Positions 44,897 through 50,208 of a stretch of DNA of 50,208 nt are shown piece after piece (within the stretch, counting starts at the first letter, position 1; each line of letters begins with the position of its first letter). Where the stretch lies: NCBI GenBank assembly GCA_035536955.1, contig DATLNF010000019.1, positions 1 to 50,208 on the forward strand, written 5' to 3'. The notes under the pieces are model-generated. The model was given only the letters and a program-made list of their open reading frames with translations, was not told the origin of the DNA and made no database searches. This stretch comes from Mycobacteriales bacterium. Its GTDB lineage: Bacteria; Actinomycetota; Actinomycetes; BP-191. A program made the position numbers and the translations under genes.

Positions 44897-45165
44897 CCGC
44901 CGATCGACCCGACAGGCATCCGGACGACGGTCACGTCGCGGTCGAGAACGGTCGCCACACTCGGCGGCGGGCGCCAACCCTGGTTGACCAGGCAGCGGTA
45001 GAGCGCGAGCCGCGCGAGGATCGCCTGCTCCGCGGCCTCGACCTCGAGGCGGACGCGCTCGGCCGAGCTCGGGTCGGCCGCTCCGCGCCGGTCCTCGAGC
45101 TCGAGCATCGCCGCCTGGTACTCCTCCAGGCAGCGCACCAGCTCCGCGGTGATCCGGTCGCTCAT
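44893..45165 (-). CDS. small helical hypothetical protein ending in Gly-Gly (90 aa)
   Basis: The ATG overlaps the STAS gene stop (ATGA). Coding-like bias. The N-terminal coiled-coil-like helices are followed by the C-terminus ...VRMPVGSIGG*. Confidence 0.5.
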   Translation of the reverse strand: MSDRITAELVRCLEEYQAAMLELEDRRGAADPSSAERVRLEVEAAEQAILARLALYRCLVNQGWRPPPSVATVLDRDVTVVRMPVGSIGG

Positions 45166-45509
45166 GCGCTCACCAACTCCATGAGGTCGGGCGTCGGCAG
45201 CCGCATCGCCTCCAGGGTGCGCCGCAGTCTCGACGCGGCGAGCACCGTGATCGACCCGCCGCTCGCCTCGATCAGTCGGCGCGCGCGGGCGAGCGCGACG
45301 AGGCGGCGCAGGGCGAAGCCGTCGGGGGAGTCCGGCTCGTCCAGCACCTCCGCCGTCAGGTGCACCGTGCCCAGGCCGATCAGCCACCTGACGAGGTCGT
45401 CAAGGTGCTCGGCGGCCGCCGTGTCGAAGTCGCCGGACAGGACGAGCGAGGCCCGCCCCGAGTCGGTCCGGGTCAGTCGCAGGCACTCGGTGGTGGTGGT
45501 GGCGACCAT
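45162..45509 (-). CDS. STAS domain protein (anti-sigma-factor-antagonist-like)
   Basis: 115 aa. The pattern LVLSGDFDTAAAEHLDDLV...LDEPDSPDGFALRRLV...GGSITVLAASRLRRTLE fits the SpoIIAA/RsbV fold. The call is from pattern only. Confidence 0.6.
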   Translation of the reverse strand: MVATTTTECLRLTRTDSGRASLVLSGDFDTAAAEHLDDLVRWLIGLGTVHLTAEVLDEPDSPDGFALRRLVALARARRLIEASGGSITVLAASRLRRTLEAMRLPTPDLMELVSA

Positions 45510-45770
45510 GACAACCGCCTGGCGTCGGAAACACGCGGCGTAGCGCGGGTCCGGGAGACGTCGCGCGTGAGGCGGGCTGCCTCAGGCGGCTGGTTGCTCA
45601 ACCGGCGCGAGCACGGTACCCCCACGAGCGGCGCACAACCATGCTCGATACGCGCATATCACCGCAGCGCCACTGGGAACGACGAGCGGCTGCGGGCGAT
45701 AGGGCACTCGTCGTCGCTCGTGACCATGAGACGGCCCGGCATCAGCCGGGTACTCACAAAAGTTCACGAG

Positions 45771-45843
45771 AGCCGGCGGGGGGAATCGAACCCCCAACCG
45801 CCCGATTACAAGTCGGGTGCGCTAGCCGTTGCGCCACGCCGGC
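45771..45843 (-). tRNA. tRNA-Thr (anticodon UGU)
   Basis: The 73 nt fold by hand into a cloverleaf: acceptor GCCGGCG/CGCCGGC, D arm GCGC/GCGC, anticodon stem CCCGA/TCGGG with loop CTTGTAA, and T arm GGGGG-TTCGATT-CCCCC. CCA is not encoded. Confidence 0.92.
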
Positions 45844-45878
45844 GGGTGCCGCGCAGGCTACCCGTCCGGCGGCATGGC

Positions 45879-47021
45879 CTAGTGCGCGTGCGTCGGCGAG
45901 GGTGACGGCGACGGGCGCGGGGACGGCGACGGCATCGGGTAGTTGACGGCCGTCGTCGTACGCGCGCTCTGCTCGCTCCCGCCGTCACAGCCCGTGGACA
46001 CGACCAGCAGGCGCGCCTCGTAGTGACCGCGATGTGCGTAGGTGTGCCGGAGCACGGTCGAACGCCGGCTGGCCGGGTAGCCGCTGTCCGCGACGCGGCA
46101 CTCGGACAGCGGGAACGTGACGACGGAGGGCTGCGTGCCGTCGCCCCAGTCGAGGACCATCCGGGTCACGTAGCCGTCGCTGTCGGCGCCGCCGACGCGG
46201 ACGGCGACGTGCGCCGGGTTCTCCTCCGGTGGCCGCACCTGCTGCGCACGGGCGACGGGAAGGGCGCCGCCGTTCGACGGACGGCTATCCCCGCGCGGCA
46301 GGACGTGGACCCGGGTCCGCGCCTCGCGCTGCTCACGCTCGGCCCCGCAGCCACCGGTGCGCACCGTGGCGGCGACGACGTAGCCGCCGGCGTGGTCGTA
46401 GACGTGCGGCACCTCGACGGCGCGGGACGTCGGCTGCGGCCGCGAGCCGTCACAGCGCGCCTCGAACCGCCTGGTCACCTCGCTGCCGTCGCCGAACACG
46501 ACTCGGACGCCGAGCACGGCGCCGTCGCCGTCCCGCACGCCCACGACCACGATCGCCCGCTGGCCGGCCGTCGGCTCCGTCGGCCGGACGCGCACCCGCA
46601 CGCCCAGCGGAGCATGGGCTGTCCCAGCGGACGGCGAGGCGGTGTGCGACCGGCGCGACGACGGCCGCGGGGAGGCGTGCGCCGAGGAGGACCTCGGGGT
46701 CGGCCGGTCGGACGGGCTCCGGCGCGGGGACGGGCGCATGGACCGACTCGCCGATGCGGATGGCTCCGGATCACGGCCGGCGCCGTCGCGCCGGTCGTCG
46801 CCGGAGACGGCCAGGAAGCTGACGGCGCGGGGCGGCTCGATCGCGCCGCCGGCGACCGCGCCTGACGCCAGAGCGGTGCCGAGCAGCGCCGCTGCCCCGA
46901 CCGCGCGGGCGCGACGTCGTACGGCGATCCGGTGCGCCACAGCGGTCGCCCGATCGCCGCCAGCGGGCGGAGCGGCAGCCAGGTCGGCGAGGGCGCGGCG
47001 AAGGCGGTCGTGATCGGTCAT
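45879..47021 (-). CDS. membrane-anchored protein with two PKD-like domains, cotranslated with the ECF sigma factor (possible anti-sigma/effector)
   Basis: The ATG overlaps the sigma factor stop (ATGA). After one TM helix and a Ser/Pro/Arg linker come two repeats carrying (F/W)GDG(S/T) ... H(V/T)Y.H.G.Y ... GC. The tail is PSPSPRPSPSPSP. Confidence 0.75.
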   Translation of the reverse strand: MTDHDRLRRALADLAAAPPAGGDRATAVAHRIAVRRRARAVGAAALLGTALASGAVAGGAIEPPRAVSFLAVSGDDRRDGAGRDPEPSASASRSMRPSPRRSPSDRPTPRSSSAHASPRPSSRRSHTASPSAGTAHAPLGVRVRVRPTEPTAGQRAIVVVGVRDGDGAVLGVRVVFGDGSEVTRRFEARCDGSRPQPTSRAVEVPHVYDHAGGYVVAATVRTGGCGAEREQREARTRVHVLPRGDSRPSNGGALPVARAQQVRPPEENPAHVAVRVGGADSDGYVTRMVLDWGDGTQPSVVTFPLSECRVADSGYPASRRSTVLRHTYAHRGHYEARLLVVSTGCDGGSEQSARTTTAVNYPMPSPSPRPSPSPSPTHAH

Positions 47022-47563
47022 GACTGCGTCTCCCAGGCCGGCAGCGCGGTGCGTGCCGGAGTCGTCGGGTCGGTCGAGTCGAGCAGGTCGAGGTCGCGCA
47101 GCCGCGCCAGCGCGCGGGAGGAGGTGCTCTTCACCGTGCCGACCGAGCAGCCGAGGAGCGCGGCCACCTCGGCCTCGGGGAGGTCGTCGTAGTAGCGCAG
47201 CACGAGCACGGCACGCTGCCGGGGCGTCAGGCGGGCGAGGCCGCGCGCGAGCGCGTCCCGGTGCTCCACCAGCGCGTAGCCGTCGGGTGCGTTGGCGGGC
47301 GGCAGGTCCGAGGTCGGGATCTCGCCGCCCCACCTGCGTCGCCACCACTTGATCGACGTCGTCGCCATCACTCGCCGGACGTAGGCCTCGGCCGCGGCGG
47401 GGTGCTCCAGCGCGGACCACCGGGTCCACGTCTTCGCCAGCGCGGTCTGCAGCAGGTCCTCGGCCTTGCCCCAGTCGCCGGTGAGCAGGAAAGCAGTACG
47501 CACGAGCGCGTCGGACCGCGTGGTGACGAGCGCCGAGAACTCCTCTTCGGCCGAGCTGCTCAC
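47018..47563 (-). CDS. ECF (SigE-type) RNA polymerase sigma-70 family factor
   Basis: Region 2 (LTGDWGKAEDLLQTALAKTW) and region 4 HTH (LTPRQRAVLVLRYYDDLPEAEVAALLGCSVGTVKSTSSRAL). I chose GTG 47563 because GGGAGGGAGGG lies upstream. The longest ORF starts at 47590. Confidence 0.88.
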   Translation of the reverse strand: MSSSAEEEFSALVTTRSDALVRTAFLLTGDWGKAEDLLQTALAKTWTRWSALEHPAAAEAYVRRVMATTSIKWWRRRWGGEIPTSDLPPANAPDGYALVEHRDALARGLARLTPRQRAVLVLRYYDDLPEAEVAALLGCSVGTVKSTSSRALARLRDLDLLDSTDPTTPARTALPAWETQS

Positions 47564-47633
47564 GTGGTCGCCCTCCCTCCCGACGGACAAGAGCCGCTGG
47601 CTCGCCGGAAGGTTGCCGCCGAAGCGGCGTCGG

Positions 47634-48461
47634 CTACAGGACCAGCGTGAGCGAGGCGGCCGTCACGGTGGTGTCCGCGTGCAGCCCGACCCCGCGCTCG
47701 ACGGCGAACACGGCGTCGTACGCCGCCGGACGGGCGAGCTCGGCGACCGACGACCGGGCCGTCGTGAACGGCGCGCGCATCGTGCGGACGGGTGGCCGGG
47801 TGCAGACCTGCCCGGCCGCCGTGAGGCAGGTCGTGACGGTGTCGACGCCGGCGAGGCCGTCGGAGGTGACGAGCTGCGCCGCAAGCGTCATCGTGGGACG
47901 GCGCACGTGGACGCCGATCCGGCGCTCGCCGCGCTGCTCGGCAGCGGGCACCACGAACTTCGTCGTGCGCAGCGCCGAGGCGACCCGCCCGCGCGGGCTC
48001 ACCTTCTGGAAGACGTGGTTCGGGATCGGGATGAACGCCTTGGTCGAGGTCTCGGCGATGAGGTACAGCCGGTAGCCGCCGGGCGCGACGTCGTAGGTCG
48101 GCCCGAGTCGGATGAGCCGGCCACCGGAGGACCCGCCGGCGCCCACCAGCGGCAGCGCGAGCGCGCCGACGGGTGTGCGGGTCGCCGTGTCGGGGACCAG
48201 GTAGAACCCCGCGTACCGGCCGGCGCTGTCGATCTTGATGTCGCTCTCGGTGACGGTGACCATCTCCTTGACGAAGATGTCCACCCAGCCGGAGGAGGAG
48301 CCGCTGATCTCGATGCCCTCGCCGGACGCGGCGGAGGACGTCCCCGCGAGCAGGCCGAGGACGGCGACGAGGATCGTGGCTAGGGCGAAGCGGCGCGGCG
48401 CGCGAATGATGACGGTCCCCTCGGAGCGTGCCGGATCGAGCGGGGGTACGGCGCGGGCCAC
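47634..48461 (-). CDS. secreted or membrane-anchored hypothetical protein
   Basis: 275 aa with a GTG start 21 nt after the sigma-H-like stop. The hydrophobic N-terminal segment is FALATILVAVLGLLAGTSSAAS. No family recognised. Confidence 0.6.
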   Translation of the reverse strand: MARAVPPLDPARSEGTVIIRAPRRFALATILVAVLGLLAGTSSAASGEGIEISGSSSGWVDIFVKEMVTVTESDIKIDSAGRYAGFYLVPDTATRTPVGALALPLVGAGGSSGGRLIRLGPTYDVAPGGYRLYLIAETSTKAFIPIPNHVFQKVSPRGRVASALRTTKFVVPAAEQRGERRIGVHVRRPTMTLAAQLVTSDGLAGVDTVTTCLTAAGQVCTRPPVRTMRAPFTTARSSVAELARPAAYDAVFAVERGVGLHADTTVTAASLTLVL

Positions 48462-48482
48462 GGCGCCGAGGGATCGCAGGTG

Positions 48483-49136
48483 CTAGGAGACGTCCGCGAT
48501 GTCGCGGGCGCGCAGGTGCATGTCGAGCTTGCGCTTGATGCGCTGCAGGGCATTATCGATCGACTTGACGTGCCGGTTGAGCATCTCGGCGATCTCGTGG
48601 TAGCTCTTGCCCTCGACGTAGAGCATCAGGACCTCGGCCTCGAGGTCGGAGAGCACCTCGTCGAAGTGCCGCTGCAGCGAGCGGATCCGCTCGGAGGAGA
48701 TGACGAGGTCGGCCGGGTCGCAGATCGCCGAGCTGGGCAGCACGTCACCGAGCACGCGGTCGCCGTCCTCGTCGGACACAACGGGACGGCTGAACGAGAC
48801 GTAGCTGTTCAGCGGGCCGTGCTTCTGGCGGGTAGCGGTCTTGATCGCGGTGATGATCTGGCGCGTCACGCACAGCTCGGCGAACGCCCGGAAGCTGGTG
48901 AGCATCTCCGGGTTGAAGTCCCGGATGGCCTTGTAGAGGCCGATCATGCCTTCCTGGACGATGTCCTCGCGGTCGGCGCCGACCAGGAAGTAGGAGCGCG
49001 CCTTGACCCGGGCGAAGTTGCGGTACTTGGTCAGCAGCTCGGCCAGCGCGATGTCGTCGCCGCTGCGGGCAGCCATGACGAGCTCGTCGTCCGAGCGCAG
49101 CGGCTCGTCGTCGTACCCATCGCGGCGTGCTCGCAC
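48483..49136 (-). CDS. sigma-70 family factor of the Bacillus SigH (Spo0H) type
   Basis: 217 aa. The long stretches YRNFARVKARSYFLVGADREDIVQEGMIGLYKAIRDF...TSFRAFAELCVTRQIITAIKTATRQKH.PLNSY and EIAEMLNRHVKSIDNALQRIKRKL are nearly identical to B. subtilis SigH as I recall it. Confidence 0.88.
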   Translation of the reverse strand: MRARRDGYDDEPLRSDDELVMAARSGDDIALAELLTKYRNFARVKARSYFLVGADREDIVQEGMIGLYKAIRDFNPEMLTSFRAFAELCVTRQIITAIKTATRQKHGPLNSYVSFSRPVVSDEDGDRVLGDVLPSSAICDPADLVISSERIRSLQRHFDEVLSDLEAEVLMLYVEGKSYHEIAEMLNRHVKSIDNALQRIKRKLDMHLRARDIADVS

Positions 49137-49296
49137 GTGACGTCACCTTTCGCGGCTGGGAGCGTGTGACCTCGATCACAAGTGTACTTACCCGAGCGTA
49201 ACCGGGCGTATAGCTCATTGGGAAGACTTGGCAGACCCGGCCCCCGACCGGCCGGACCTCCCTGTGCGCCCTGTCAACGATTCGGCGCCCGCCTGG

Positions 49297-50208
49297 TTAC
49301 GGCTCGGTACGCCGCCGCCGGGCGATCTCGGCCAGCGCCACGGCGGCCGCGACGCTCGCGTTGAGCGACTCCGTGGGGCCCGCCATCGGGATCGACACCC
49401 GCACGTCGCACTGCTCGCCCACCAGCCGGCCCAGCCCCTTGCCCTCCGAGCCCACGACGAGGCAGAGCGGCCCCACGGCGGCCTCCAGGTCGTCGAGCGG
49501 GACGTCCCCGTCGGCCGCGAGTCCCACGACGGCGAGCCCGGCGTCGGCATAGGTGCGGAGCGCGCGGGCGAGGTTGACCGCGCGGGCGACCGGGATGTGC
49601 GCCGCGGCTCCCGCGCTGGTTCGCCAGGCGGTCGCGGACACCCCGGCGGCCCGGCGCTCGGGCACCAGCAGCCCGTGCGCGCCGAACGCGGCCGCCGAGC
49701 GCAGCACCGCCCCGAGGTTGCGCGGGTCGGTGACGCCGTCCAGCGCGACCAGGAGAGCCGGCGCCGGGGCGTCGAGCGCACGGTGGAGGACGTCCTCCGG
49801 GTGCGCGTAGTCGTACGGCGCCACCTGGAGCACCAGCCCCTGGTGCAGCGACCCGTCGGCGAGCCGGTCCAGCTCGGCTTTCACGGCCTCCCGGGTCGGC
49901 ACGCCGGCGGACTCGGCCAGCTCGAGCGCCTCCGTCACCCGCGAGTCGTGGTCGATGCCGCGCGCCACGAGCAGCGCCCGGCCCGGCACGGCGGCCCGCA
50001 GCGCCTCCACCACGGGGTTGCGTCCGACGACGACCTCGTCGGCGTCCTCACCGGGACGCCGTGGCCGCGTGTGCGCGCGCCGGGTCGACCCGTCCGAGCG
50101 GGCCGAGCGGTCGGTCCGATCGGAGCGGTCGGAGCCCGCACCGCGCCGGGACGGGATGCCGACCGGCGTCCGCCGGGTGCCGCCCGAGCGCCCGGAGCGC
50201 GCCGGCGG
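49297..50208 (-). CDS. rlmB: 23S rRNA (guanosine-2'-O)-methyltransferase RlmB, 5' end outside the window
   Basis: SpoU/TrmH motifs ([51 protein letters not shown]). The reading frame stays open through an Arg/Gly/Ser-rich N-terminal extension to the window edge, checked codon by codon. Confidence 0.88.
   Translation of the reverse strand, partial: PPARSGRSGGTRRTPVGIPSRRGAGSDRSDRTDRSARSDGSTRRAHTRPRRPGEDADEVVVGRNPVVEALRAAVPGRALLVARGIDHDSRVTEALELAESAGVPTREAVKAELDRLADGSLHQGLVLQVAPYDYAHPEDVLHRALDAPAPALLVALDGVTDPRNLGAVLRSAAAFGAHGLLVPERRAAGVSATAWRTSAGAAAHIPVARAVNLARALRTYADAGLAVVGLAADGDVPLDDLEAAVGPLCLVVGSEGKGLGRLVGEQCDVRVSIPMAGPTESLNASVAAAVALAEIARRRRTEP

Noticed and set aside
45655-45700. A GCCACTG 'B12-box'-like string near tRNA-Thr.
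   Set aside because: None of the other conserved cobalamin-riboswitch elements is present. No gene lies downstream on that strand.

Overview
This is a 50.2 kb stretch of a high-GC (roughly 70%) Actinomycetota chromosome, densely coded on both strands. I saw no rRNA, CRISPR array, transposase or integrase.

**Core genes I recognise with confidence:**
- acyl-CoA dehydrogenase
- guaA
- groEL, with two CIRCE operators upstream
- gpgS plus a coupled HAD phosphatase
- an M16 peptidase pair
- a CocE/NonD S15 hydrolase
- the 1614-aa NAD-glutamate dehydrogenase
- threonine dehydratase
- a tyrosine-catabolic operon: aminotransferase, hmgA, an unknown gene, fahA
- tRNA-Thr(UGU)
- an ECF sigma factor
- a Bacillus-type sigma-H homologue
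- the 3' part of rlmB

**Second-look items, ranked by my interest scores:**
1. A three-Cys LarE-type PP-loop sulfur transferase is translationally coupled to a stand-alone NIL domain protein. No LarB or LarC lies in the window.
2. A SAM-I riboswitch sequesters the start codon of a ThrC-like enzyme that is coupled to a GG-terminated MoaD/ThiS sulfur carrier. This is a MetM/MetO-like homocysteine route.
3. An uncharacterised 280-aa gene is locked by overlapping stop and start codons between hmgA and fahA. It is a candidate for the missing maleylacetoacetate isomerase step.
4. The block from 1.5 to 10.2 kb is accessory-looking and codes mostly for exported proteins:
   - an internally duplicated cupredoxin-like lipoprotein
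   - a classical blue-copper protein
   - two SGL beta-propeller paralogues
   - a collagen-like GXY protein

   It ends in a 120-bp direct duplication of the guaA 3' end and a 38-bp duplication of the propeller gene's 3' end.
5. Smaller oddities:
   - a coding-like 26-codon ORF separated from the GAF histidine kinase only by an in-frame TGA
   - a non-coding 62-bp tandem duplication
   - a tandem palindromic operator at the arsR promoter
   - a STAS protein paired with a GG-terminated 90-aa partner

All calls come from reading the sequence and from recalled family knowledge. No searches were run.
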